Virus record (IMG/VR): IMGVR_UViG_3300023283_000392
Coordinates: 1 to 41,919 of that record
DNA from: a virus
Lineage: Duplodnaviria > Caudoviricetes
Direction: 5' to 3' (one strand)
DNA length: 41,919 nucleotides
Position 1 is the first letter of the stretch; each line of letters begins with the position of its first letter. Below, one piece after another: positions 23,465-32,700 of the stretch. The notes under the pieces were generated by a model that saw only the letters and a program-made list of their open reading frames with translations, made no database searches and was not told where the DNA came from. Made by a program: the position numbers and the translations under genes.

Positions 23465-24520
23465 ATGGACTTGTTTGCCACGAGCTCGATGCTCGCCATC
23501 GTCCAGCGCCTCAAGGTGCCCGGACGCTTCCTGATCGACAGCTATTTCCCGGATATCATCGAGGAAGAGACGCAAGAGATCCATTTCGACCGTATCCTCG
23601 ACAATCCCAAGGCGGCGCCCTTTGTCGCGCCTCTCGTGGAGGCCAAGCGCGGCGTCGCCTCGGGTGTCCGGGTGGAGACATTCCGGCCTGCCTATATCAA
23701 GCTGATCGACGCGCTCGATCCCAAGGCGCGCATCCGCCGCTCGGCGGGGGAGCCGATCGGCGGCAATCTTTCGCCCGAGGAACGCCAGCAGGCGGCCTTG
23801 GCGCGGCTACTTGCGGATCACTTCGACGCCTGGATCCGCAGGCTCGAGATCATGGCCTCGGAGGTACTGCGCACCGGGAAGGTGACGATCGTCGGCGAGG
23901 ACTATCCCGAGACCATCGTCGACTTCGCGCGCCCGCCCGCTCACACCAAGACACTGGCGGGCGCGGCCGCATGGGGCGAGGCCGGTGTCTCGCCGGTGGA
24001 TGATGTGGAGGCCTGGGCCGACGAGGTGGGCGAGGCGGTCGGCGCGCCGGTGGATCGGGTCGTGATGACCACGGATGCGTGGAAGCTGTATTCGGCCGAT
24101 CCGAAGTTCAAGGACAAAATCTCGACCCAGCTCCGCGCCGGCCAGTCGGCCGCCGACCTCGGGCTGTTGCCCGGCGTCTCCGGACAGGCCCGCTGGCGCG
24201 GCACCGACGGGATGGTGGACTTTTACACCTATCAGGACAAGTTCCAGGATGATGCGGGCGCGGTGCAGAAGCTGCTGCCGGATAACACCGTGATCCTGGC
24301 GGCCACAACGGCGATGGAAGGCGTGCGTGCCTTCGGCGCCATCATCGACGACGATGACGAGTCCGAACGACTGTCCGCCCCCGGAGAAGCCGTGCCGCTG
24401 GCATTCTTCCCGAAATCCTTCGTGACGAAGAATCCGGGGCGGCGGTGGGTCCTCTCGCAGTCCTCCCCTCTGCTGGTACCCCGCCGCCCGCAAGCGACGC
24501 TCGCGGCCACCGTGCGTTGA
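23465..24520 (+). CDS. Major capsid protein (lambda gpE family)
   Basis: APFVAPLV, FRPAYIK, RRLEIMASEVLRTGK and SQSSPLLVP motifs. Confidence 0.95.
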   Translation: MDLFATSSMLAIVQRLKVPGRFLIDSYFPDIIEEETQEIHFDRILDNPKAAPFVAPLVEAKRGVASGVRVETFRPAYIKLIDALDPKARIRRSAGEPIGGNLSPEERQQAALARLLADHFDAWIRRLEIMASEVLRTGKVTIVGEDYPETIVDFARPPAHTKTLAGAAAWGEAGVSPVDDVEAWADEVGEAVGAPVDRVVMTTDAWKLYSADPKFKDKISTQLRAGQSAADLGLLPGVSGQARWRGTDGMVDFYTYQDKFQDDAGAVQKLLPDNTVILAATTAMEGVRAFGAIIDDDDESERLSAPGEAVPLAFFPKSFVTKNPGRRWVLSQSSPLLVPRRPQATLAATVR

Positions 24521-24550
24521 TGGCGCAGCCTCTGACCACAGGAGCATTCC

Positions 24551-24871
24551 ATGGCGAACAAACGCAGCAAACAAATCGAACTCGTGGCGGTGCATGCGAT
24601 CTATACCCGCCACGGCGGCGGACCCGACGTGCAGCCGGGCGAGACGTTCAAGGTCGACGCACAGATCGGCGAGCGATTGCTCGCCGCGGACGCCGCCCGC
24701 CTGCCGGCGGCGGTCCGGCGGGCGGCAGACGACGCCGGCCAGGCCGGGACCGGTGGCAGTGAAACCAAGGAGGGTGACGAGACGCCGGAATCGGGGGGCG
24801 ATGACGGCTCCGGCGAGGGCGGCTTGCCGCTTGCCGGGGCCACTGGCGGCGCGAGCGCCGGCAAGAGCTGA
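24551..24871 (+). CDS. Small head-associated protein (gpFI-position)
   Basis: VQPGETFKVD..IGERLLAADAA core plus acidic tail; follows the capsid gene; GGAG RBS. Confidence 0.65.
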   Translation: MANKRSKQIELVAVHAIYTRHGGGPDVQPGETFKVDAQIGERLLAADAARLPAAVRRAADDAGQAGTGGSETKEGDETPESGGDDGSGEGGLPLAGATGGASAGKS

Positions 24872-24894
24872 CCCGGTGATGCTGCAGTTGCACT

Positions 24895-24934
24895 CGGCGG
24901 GGCCTCGGTCGTCCGGGGTCCCGCCGTTTTTTTT
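24895..24934 (+). terminator. Intrinsic terminator after capsid genes
   Basis: CGGCGGGGCCTCGG-TCGT-CCGGGGTCCCGCCG followed by T8. Confidence 0.8.
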
Positions 24935-24945
24935 CGGAGGGAGCA

Positions 24946-25209
24946 ATGGTGAAAGATATCCTGCTACATGTGTTTGCGGGCGCGCTGCTGTTCGGCATGC
25001 TGGTCGGCCTCGCGGCGCTGTCGGTGCCGTGGACCCTTGCAATCGCGGTCGCCGGCGGCATTTACATCCGCGAAGTGACTCAATGGCAGAAATCGCATCG
25101 GTTGCCGTTCACCCGCGGCTGGCTGCTCGGCGGGCGGCTGCAACAGCATCTCGAATGGGCGGTGCCGGCCGCTGCACTTCTGGCGTTGGCCGCGGCCATC
25201 ACCCTGTAA
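24946..25209 (+). CDS. Small multi-pass membrane protein inserted in the head-tail module
   Basis: GGAGG RBS; about three hydrophobic segments. Confidence 0.7.
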   Translation: MVKDILLHVFAGALLFGMLVGLAALSVPWTLAIAVAGGIYIREVTQWQKSHRLPFTRGWLLGGRLQQHLEWAVPAAALLALAAAITL

Positions 25210-25224
25210 CCATCACCCACCACC

Positions 25225-25545
25225 ATGACGATACAACCCCTCGCACGCGGACTGGACAGTCTATACGCCAGCGCAGTCGCCCTAGAAGCGATATACCAGC
25301 CGTCCGCGGGCGGCGATCCGCTGTCGGTCCGCGTGATCCGACGGACGGCGGCCGCGGCACGGGACTGGTCACCGACCGGTCCGCCGCGGGATCAGGTTGT
25401 CTTCGCCGTGCGCTCGAGTGAGGTGGCCGCGCCGGTCGAGGGCGACCAGCTGACCGTGGCCGGTCAGACCTGGCGCGTGGCGAATGCCGAGCGCCATCCG
25501 CATGTGCCCGAATGGGCGCTCGAAGTCGAGACGGCGGTGGCGTGA
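25225..25545 (+). CDS. Head-tail joining protein (gpFII-like)
   Basis: VRSSEVAAPVEGDQLTVAGQTWRV motif; position. Confidence 0.8.
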   Translation: MTIQPLARGLDSLYASAVALEAIYQPSAGGDPLSVRVIRRTAAAARDWSPTGPPRDQVVFAVRSSEVAAPVEGDQLTVAGQTWRVANAERHPHVPEWALEVETAVA

Positions 25546-26012
25546 TGGACAATGTGCGCGAACGTATTTTGGCGGCGTTCGACGACGCGGTCCACGCCGG
25601 TCTCGCCACCGACGGCGGCCCGCCGGTGACACGCCTGGAGCGTGCGCGCCAGCGCGCCGTCGACGATGCACAGCGGCCGGCGGCGATCGTCATCGGTGGC
25701 GGCGAGCAGCGTGCGACCGAGGAGGCGACCGGGCAGGACGAATACCGCATGACCGTCGAGGTCTGGGGATTTGTTACCGCCGGCGCCGAGGAGAGCGTCG
25801 AGCGCGCGATCAACGATCTTTATGCGCGCGTCGTGCGCGCCGCATCTGCCGACCCTGCACTCGGCGGCCTGGCGGACGACCTGCGCCTGCGCGCCATGCA
25901 GCACGATCTTGTGGCCGAGGGTGGCAAGCGCACGGCGGATTTCGTGGCCGAGTTCGGCATCGAATATGCCACCGAAGACGGCGACCCGTTCCGTCGGCTC
26001 GGCGAAGCCTGA
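25545..26012 (+). CDS. Tail terminator/completion protein (gpU-like)
   Basis: RERILAA...ADPALGGLADD...FGIEYAT..GDP; position before the tail tube. Confidence 0.75.
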   Translation: MDNVRERILAAFDDAVHAGLATDGGPPVTRLERARQRAVDDAQRPAAIVIGGGEQRATEEATGQDEYRMTVEVWGFVTAGAEESVERAINDLYARVVRAASADPALGGLADDLRLRAMQHDLVAEGGKRTADFVAEFGIEYATEDGDPFRRLGEA

Positions 26013-26022
26013 GGAGACAACG

Positions 26023-26214
26023 ATGAGTCAGAACACCACACACCTTGCGCCGCGGCCGGGCGAGCCGGTGCGGGCAATCCGCTGCTACACGGAGACGCCG
26101 GCACCTGCGCCCAAGCCTGCGCGGGCGCGCTCCACGCGCCGGCGCCGCACTGCCGGCACCGACGACAAGACGGCGGAGGCGGCGGCACCGTCCCGCCGCC
26201 GGCCGACATCCTGA
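26023..26214 (+). CDS. Small basic hypothetical protein
   Basis: GAGGAG RBS; fills the gap between the terminator and tube genes. Confidence 0.5.
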   Translation: MSQNTTHLAPRPGEPVRAIRCYTETPAPAPKPARARSTRRRRTAGTDDKTAEAAAPSRRRPTS

Positions 26215-26236
26215 CATCAACAGAGGAGACTGATCG

Positions 26237-27400
26237 ATGGTCAAGCGCATCCGGGCGGCGAACGCTCTCTTCGTGGCCGGCGAGCAGCCGGACGAAACCG
26301 TGTTTCCCGCCCTCGACCCTGCGGCTGACGGCATCTTCGCCGAAGGCACCGCCATCAGCTACGATGTGCAGACGGCCGAAACCAATGAGGATACGGGCAG
26401 CCTTGATCGCGGCGAACGCCGGGCGACCGGCATCTCGGCACAGGTGACCTCGCGTGTCTACCTGGTCGGGACCGACACGCCCGGCACGCCGCCGCGCTGG
26501 GGACGTCTGATGCGCGCCGCCGGCTTTGCCGAGCAGATCACCGCAGCGCCGATCCCCGCGGCGCCGGAAGCCGTGGGCGACGGCTCGACCACCACCACGG
26601 TGGTGCTCGGCGCCAGTGCGCCGGGCATGGACCAGGCGGTGCGCGGCATGCCGCTCGTGCTGTCGGGCGATATGGATGTCACCACCTTCATCAGCGACTA
26701 TGATGGTGCGACCAAGACGGCCACGGTGACCGACGAGTTGCCGGCTGCGCCCACATCGATGGCGACGCAGTATCAGGTGTTGGCCAATGTGCTGTACCGG
26801 CCGGCGTCCGAGGATATTCCGCTGTTGGCCTCCGAGCTGTTCCTCGACGGGTTGCGGGTTCGGGTCGACGGCATGCAGGGTGCGGTGCAGTCGGTGTGGG
26901 CGACCCGTGGCGTGCCGGCGCTCGACTTCACCTTCACCGCCCGGTTCGTCGACGAGCAGGATGTCGCCATGCCGTCGATCAACGACGCCCGCCCGCCCAA
27001 GCCCATCTTTGCCGGCGGCGTGATGAAGCTCGACCGCAAGGCATTGGCCATCTCGACCTTCACCCTCAACCCGCAGAGCCAGGTCGAGCTCGGCGACGAT
27101 CCGAACGAGGCCTTCGGCTTTTCGCCGGCGGCGACCACCGGCCGCCAAATGCAGGCAACACTCGATCCTGAAATGCGATTGATTGCCGACGGCGGCGACG
27201 TGATGGCCAGCGTCATCGCCGGCACCGAATTCATCGGCCTCGCGCGAGCGGGAACGTTGGCCGGCAATCGTCCGGCGCTGGTGCTGCCGCGTGCTGCGCG
27301 CATCGCCGACACGCCCGGCACCCGCGGCGCCTTCCGGACCCGCGACGTCACGCTGGACCTCCGCGGTGCCGACGCCGGCGCGTTCCTGTGCCTGTTCTGA
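26237..27400 (+). CDS. Major tail tube protein
   Basis: Strong RBS; GTPPRWGRLMRAAGF motif; precedes the chaperone genes. Confidence 0.8.
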   Translation: MVKRIRAANALFVAGEQPDETVFPALDPAADGIFAEGTAISYDVQTAETNEDTGSLDRGERRATGISAQVTSRVYLVGTDTPGTPPRWGRLMRAAGFAEQITAAPIPAAPEAVGDGSTTTTVVLGASAPGMDQAVRGMPLVLSGDMDVTTFISDYDGATKTATVTDELPAAPTSMATQYQVLANVLYRPASEDIPLLASELFLDGLRVRVDGMQGAVQSVWATRGVPALDFTFTARFVDEQDVAMPSINDARPPKPIFAGGVMKLDRKALAISTFTLNPQSQVELGDDPNEAFGFSPAATTGRQMQATLDPEMRLIADGGDVMASVIAGTEFIGLARAGTLAGNRPALVLPRAARIADTPGTRGAFRTRDVTLDLRGADAGAFLCLF

Positions 27401-27410
27401 GGATGTGCTG

Positions 27411-28160
27411 ATGTCAGAGTCCAACTCGATCCGGATCCTGCCGCTTTCGCCGCGCGACACAGTCCCGCTGGCGCTCGAGCATCCCGGCGGCCAGGTGATC
27501 TATCATCTGAGCGCGCCGACGATTCTCGAGCGCCAGCGGTTCCGCCGCGACCTTACGGCGGCGGGCGTGTTCTATCCATCCGAAAGCGAGGCCTACGACG
27601 CGATGCGCGCGGATGTGCGCGCCCTGATCCATCCCGACGATGTCGGCCGGCTGCTGGCGCTGATCGACGTCTGCGATGCAGCGCAGGACCGGCTCGCAGA
27701 CGGCACGGCGGCGGAGGATCTGCTCGGCAAAGACGATGCGCGTACCTTTGCGCTGCTCGAGGAAGAATTGCGCCGGGCCGGCGCTGTCTATGCCCGCATC
27801 CTGGCCGATCGCAGCCACTATATCGAAGTGGCGACGGTGATGGCGGCGGCGCGGTTCACCCAGCAGATCGAGGGTCTCGACATTCTCCTCGAGCGACATG
27901 GCGGGCTGCTGGCCGATTCCGTGCTCGACGCGCTGCCGTCCGGTCATTTGGGCCAGGTCGGGCTCGAGGTGCTCAGGTTGCTGCGGCCGGACGGAGATGC
28001 GCGAAAAAACTCGCCATCCTCGCCGAATACGCCCGGTCCCCGCGAGTCTTCGAGGGCGGCCGCCAGCCGCCCGAAGGCACGCAAGGCTGGCGGATCGGCG
28101 AGGACAGCTACACGGAAAACCCGCTCCTCGCGCTCGCGCCCGAGTGGCTCGACCTCCTGA
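27411..28160 (+). CDS. Tail assembly chaperone (gpG-like)
   Basis: Follows the tail tube; contains the slippery heptamer A AAA AAC at 28004-28010 (...DARKN). Confidence 0.8.
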   Translation: MSESNSIRILPLSPRDTVPLALEHPGGQVIYHLSAPTILERQRFRRDLTAAGVFYPSESEAYDAMRADVRALIHPDDVGRLLALIDVCDAAQDRLADGTAAEDLLGKDDARTFALLEEELRRAGAVYARILADRSHYIEVATVMAAARFTQQIEGLDILLERHGGLLADSVLDALPSGHLGQVGLEVLRLLRPDGDARKNSPSSPNTPGPRESSRAAASRPKARKAGGSARTATRKTRSSRSRPSGSTS

Positions 28161-28351
28161 CCCTGTGGCAGCAGTGCAGTGCGCCACCGGAAACGGTGGT
28201 GGGGCTGGCGGGCGGTCATCTGCGCGAGCCGGGACTGCAGCATTTGCCCGAGCCCGGCGGAGTGATGGACCAGGGGGCCTGGCTGATGGATGCGTGCGCC
28301 ATCCTGACGCGACTCGTCTACCGGCGGGACGATGCTGCACAGGACGGTTGA
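28004..28351 (+). CDS. -1 frameshift extension (gpT part of gpGT), absent from the ORF track
   Basis: The -1 frame is open from the slippery site: KLAILAEYARSPRVFEGG...LPEPGGVMDQGAWLMDACAILTRLVYRRDDAAQDG*. LPxxGGxxDQ is typical of gpT domains. Confidence 0.8.
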   Translation, partial: KKLAILAEYARSPRVFEGGRQPPEGTQGWRIGEDSYTENPLLALAPEWLDLLTLWQQCSAPPETVVGLAGGHLREPGLQHLPEPGGVMDQGAWLMDACAILTRLVYRRDDAAQDG

Positions 28352-28375
28352 ATCCGGGATCGGCCATGCTATAAT
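28348..28375 (+). promoter_or_regulatory. Sigma70-type moron promoter (extended -10)
   Basis: TTGAAT-16 bp-TATAAT with a TG extension; ATG 7 nt downstream and no SD, suggesting a leaderless mRNA. Confidence 0.7.
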
Positions 28376-28382
28376 GGCGGCC

Positions 28383-28865
28383 ATGCTCAGAGCGATTGTC
28401 ATGATGAGCGGACTGTGCGCGTTTTTGCTGGTGACAGGCTGCATGACGCCCGAAGAACAGGCGCACCGTGCGGCCCAAAAGCAGCAGAAACGAGAGGCGC
28501 GCATCGCCGCCTGCTCCACCGACGAGCTCGTCGACCGGCCCGTCCAGATCAGCGGGCAGTATGATATCGTCTGGCCGGCGGTCTTGGCGGCGGCCAATGA
28601 TGTCGGGTTGCTTGTCCGCAATGCCGACAAGGACAGCGGATATGTCTTTGCGCAAACCCCTGTGGACGGATTTGCTCGCGGCGAGCGCGAGCGGGTGGAC
28701 GTCAATATCCAGGTCGTCTCCCGGGGGGAGGACACGATCCTGCGCGATGCCGCGGCAGTCGCCAATATCTGGATGACGGGCCGTGGCACCCGCAAGCGGT
28801 TCCGGCGGGCGCTCCGTGCCCACCTGGTCGCCGCCGGCGTGGCCACACCGTTCGTATGCGGGTGA
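28383..28865 (+). CDS. Moron lipoprotein (candidate superinfection exclusion)
   Basis: MLRAIVMMSGLCAFLLVTG-C lipobox; own promoter and terminator. Confidence 0.7.
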   Translation: MLRAIVMMSGLCAFLLVTGCMTPEEQAHRAAQKQQKREARIAACSTDELVDRPVQISGQYDIVWPAVLAAANDVGLLVRNADKDSGYVFAQTPVDGFARGERERVDVNIQVVSRGEDTILRDAAAVANIWMTGRGTRKRFRRALRAHLVAAGVATPFVCG

Positions 28866-28869
28866 TGTT

Positions 28870-29040
28870 ATGGGCCGCACCAGACATCTCGTGATCGACG
28901 GTCTCGGCATCCTGGCCATCCTGCTCCCGGTGGCCGTGGCCGTCGAGAGCCAGGGCGCCTGGTGGACCGCCGGCGCCATGGTCCTGATCGGCCTGGTGTG
29001 GCTGATCCTGCGGGGCGTTTGGGCATTGGTCGCGTCCTGA
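28870..29040 (+). CDS. Moron small two-TM membrane protein
   Basis: 56 aa with two hydrophobic helices; starts 4 nt after the lipoprotein stop. Confidence 0.65.
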   Translation: MGRTRHLVIDGLGILAILLPVAVAVESQGAWWTAGAMVLIGLVWLILRGVWALVAS

Positions 29041-29064
29041 CCGTCACATATGTCGAGAGACGCT

Positions 29065-29095
29065 CGCCCGGCGAACGCCGTTCGCCGGGCGTTTT
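29065..29095 (+). terminator. Intrinsic terminator closing the moron
   Basis: CGCCCGGCGAAC-GCC-GTTCGCCGGGCG perfect 12-bp stem plus TTTT. Confidence 0.8.
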
Positions 29096-29116
29096 GCATG
29101 TTGGGATGATGCGCTG

Positions 29117-29797
29117 ATGATCGAGGTACCCGACCCGCGGCGCGCCGTGGCGGCAGCCCATCGGGCCGAAGGGCTGGCGGCGCGCGGGGTGCGCGACGGC
29201 ATGGACAAGCTCGGACGCGGCCTCGAGAAAGACCTCGAGGCAGCGTATGCGCCCTTCGGCCGACTGGCGCGCGCCTGGGCGCATCAAACCTTTCCGGGCC
29301 CGGGCCAGGGCAGTCTGGACGCCGCCACCCTCGTCTTCGGCAATGGCGGCCGGAAAACCCAGCAAGCGCTCGAGGCGCACGGCATCGGCGCCACCATCCG
29401 CAGCGCGGACGGCTTCTTCCTGGCCGTGCCGACGGAGAATGCGCCCAAGCGCGGCGTCGGCCGCGGCCGAATCAATCCATCGAACTTTCCCGAAGGCCGC
29501 TTCGGCCCGCTGCGCTTCATCTTCCGCCGGCCGCCGCGCCCGTCCCTCCTCGTGGTGGACAATGTGCGCGGTAGCTTTTCGCGGAAAACCGGCCAGTTCC
29601 GCGGCTTCCGCCGCGCCTCGGCGACGGCCCGCCGTACTGGGCGCGGGCTCACCACCGTGGTGATGTTCCTGCTCTTTCCCAAGATCACCTTGCGCCAACG
29701 TGTCGACCTGCTCGGCATCGCGGATCGCTGGGAGCGCCGCGCCGCCGCCATCGTGGCAGCCGAGTTGGCCAAGCTGCTCGAGGGTCGCCGGCGGTGA
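29117..29797 (+). CDS. Minor tail/neck protein (DUF6441-like, gpZ analogue)
   Basis: GATIRSADGFFLAVPTENAP...LRFIFRRPPRPSLLV...VVMFLLFPKITLRQRVD; recognised from memory. Confidence 0.7.
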   Translation: MIEVPDPRRAVAAAHRAEGLAARGVRDGMDKLGRGLEKDLEAAYAPFGRLARAWAHQTFPGPGQGSLDAATLVFGNGGRKTQQALEAHGIGATIRSADGFFLAVPTENAPKRGVGRGRINPSNFPEGRFGPLRFIFRRPPRPSLLVVDNVRGSFSRKTGQFRGFRRASATARRTGRGLTTVVMFLLFPKITLRQRVDLLGIADRWERRAAAIVAAELAKLLEGRRR

Positions 29798-32700
29798 CCG
29801 AGATTCTCCCCTTCCGCTTCAAGCCCGTCGGCGGCAAGCAGGTCGCCGACGAGATCCGGCTGTTGGGCCGCGAGGGCAAGACCTCGCTCGACAGCGTGCG
29901 CGGCGCCGCCCGGCCGGTGCCGCGCGACTTCCAGCGCATCGAGCAATCCGCTGGCGGCGCAGCTCGCGGCGTCGGCGGGCTCGGCACCGCATTGAACCGC
30001 CTCAAGGGCCTGGCCGGTGGTGTCTTCGCCGGTCTGTCGATCGAGCGGCTGACGCGGGTGGGGGCGGCCAGCCTGCAGGCGGCGGACGACATCGGAGCGG
30101 CCGCCGCGGCCGCGGGCCTCAGCGCCGAGCGATTCCAGTCGCTCACCTTCGCCTTTGAGCAGTTCGACGTCTCCAGCCAGCAGACGGCCGACGGTCTGCG
30201 CCGACTCGGCCGCCGGTTCGGCGAATTCCGCAACTCCGGCGCCGGGCCCGCCGCCGCGGCAATCCGTCAACTCGGCCTCGAGCAGGATATCCTCTCGGGC
30301 AAGATCGCCGACGTGGATCCGTTCCTGAACGCGGTGATCGACCGCCTCGGCCGCGTCGGTGATGAGTCGCGAGTGGCGGCGTTGGCGGCGCAGCTCTTCG
30401 GCGACGATGCGGGACCACTGCTGGCCGTGGCGCTGCGACAGGGCACCGCGGCGATCGCCGAGCAGGAAGAGCGCGCCCGCGATCTCGGCCTCGTCATCGA
30501 CGAGGCGCTGGTCGAGGCTGGGGGGCGGGCCAACAAGGAACTGGCCACCCTGCGGCAGAGCTTCGCCACAGCCTTCGATGCCGGGGTGATCAACCGCTTT
30601 GCCGGCGCCGCGGGCGAGCTCGGCGGGCGCATGGATGACGTGGCGATGACCGGCCGCGAGCTCGGCGAGCTGCTCGGCGGCGGGCTGCGGCTCGGTCTGG
30701 AGAATGTCGACACCCTGGTGCGGGTGGCGGCCGGCGGGCTGGCTTTGCTGGCCGGCCGGACCGCCGCGGCGACGGTGGAAAAGCTGAAGAAGACGGCTGC
30801 CACCGTGGCCGAGGCCCGCGCCGATAGAGAAGCGGCCGCGGCGGCACTGGCCAAAGCCCGTGCCGACAAGGCGGCGGCCGCCGCGGCCTTGGAAGCCGCC
30901 GTGGCGGCTCAGGGCTTCCTGGGCACCCAGGTCTCGCTCAAGGGCGAGCAGCGCCGACTCGCCCGCGCAACGCGGGGTCTGGCTGCCGCCCAGGACCGTC
31001 ATACTGCGGCCATGGCCCGGGCCAACGTCGCCGCCCGGGCGCTCTCCCGCGGCCTGGCATTTTTCGGTGGACTGCCCGGACTTCTCGTTACCGCCGGGAC
31101 GGCCTTTCTGCTGTTGCGCGACAATACCAGCGCGACGGAGGCGGCGACGGAGGCCTTGACCGAGGCCGAACGGGCTCTCGGCCGCCAGATCGAGGAGACG
31201 ACGCGGCTGACCGAAGCCCAGTCGCAGGAGGAGCAGCGCCTCGAGGAGATCCGGACCCGCCGCGCCCGTGAGCGCAGCGAAGCCGCGCTCGAGCAGGCGC
31301 GCTCGGAGGCGGCCGGCATCATCTTTCGGCCGGCCGCCGGACAGCCGCGTTCCCCGCTCATCCAGCTTGCGGACGATGTCCGCGACGGCGTGGTGAGCGT
31401 CAGCAAAGCCGTCGAACAGGTCCAAGAGCTCGGTTTCGGTCGTCTCGCCATCTCGCTCGAAGACGTCGAGGAAGCGGCGATCAAGGCCGAACGCGCCATC
31501 CGCGCCTTGAATGAAGGGCGGGTGGCAACGGTCTCGCTGGAGAAGTCGGTGGCCGGGCTCGAAGAGTTGCGTGCGGCGTCCAGCGCCGGAGACCGCAGGG
31601 CATCATCGCTGCCGGATGATCTCCGCGCCTTGCAGGAGGCCGCCGCACGCAGGCTGGACCGGGCCGGTCTGGCGCCGCAGGTGCGTCAGGATCTCGAATC
31701 GACCGAGCAGCGGCTGTTGGCGCTGCGCAAGCAGTTTCCTGACATCGAAGAGTCCATCCTCAAGCGCCTGGTGGCCCAGGAGGTTGTGGCCCGCAAGCTG
31801 GCCGAGAAAACGGACGCGACGCGCAAGGCGGCGGAAGAGGAACGGGCGGCTCGCGAGGCCGTATCGGAAAATCTCGATGACGCCCTCGCCAAGGCGGCGG
31901 AAGAAGAGCGTCTGCTGCGTGCCCGCCTGGCCGGCAAGGAAGATGAAGTCCGGATCCAACTCGAGATCGAGCGATTGGTGGCCGGCGGTATCGATGCCGA
32001 CGACGTCCGCCTGCAGGCCTTGCGCCAACGGCTCGAGACCGCGGCGATGCTGACCGAGGAGATCAAGAAGCAGCAGGACGCCCAGCGGGAGGCGGATCGA
32101 CTGGCCGAAGAGGTTAAACGCCAGCGCGAGGAGGATTTCCGTGATTTGTCGGATACCTTCTTCGACCTCTTCAGCGATCGCGGCGCCAGCTTCTGGTCGG
32201 CCTTCAAGGCGGCGGGATTGCGTGCATTGGCGGATCTGGCGGCGGCAAGCTTCCTCGGCGGGCAGGTGGCGCCGTCCGCCGCCGGCCGGCGGAGTGGGCT
32301 CTTTGGCGGGCTGCTCTCCGGGCTCTCGGGCGGCGGCGGACCGACACAACAGCAGCAGGCTGCCGTCGCCGGCGTGCGCGCTGGCGCACAACGGGCCGTC
32401 GCGAATGCGCCGCCGGGTTTCTTCGCCACGCCGGCTGACGAATCGGCCGCGGTGATGGGCGCGGTCGCGGCCGTGCAGCGCTCGCTGAAGGACGACGACG
32501 GCATCCTCGAGCGGATCTCCGGTCAGTTCAGCCGTACCTTCCGTCAGGAATTCCGCGATTTCGGCAAGCTGCTCTCGGACGCCTTCGAGGGACTCGGCGT
32601 CGATTTCTCGCAGCTGTTTGGCGACGAGCTGAAGAAACTGCCCGAGCTGTTGGGCCAGGCCGGCGGCGGCGCCGCGGTGGGATTCGCCACCTCCAGCATT

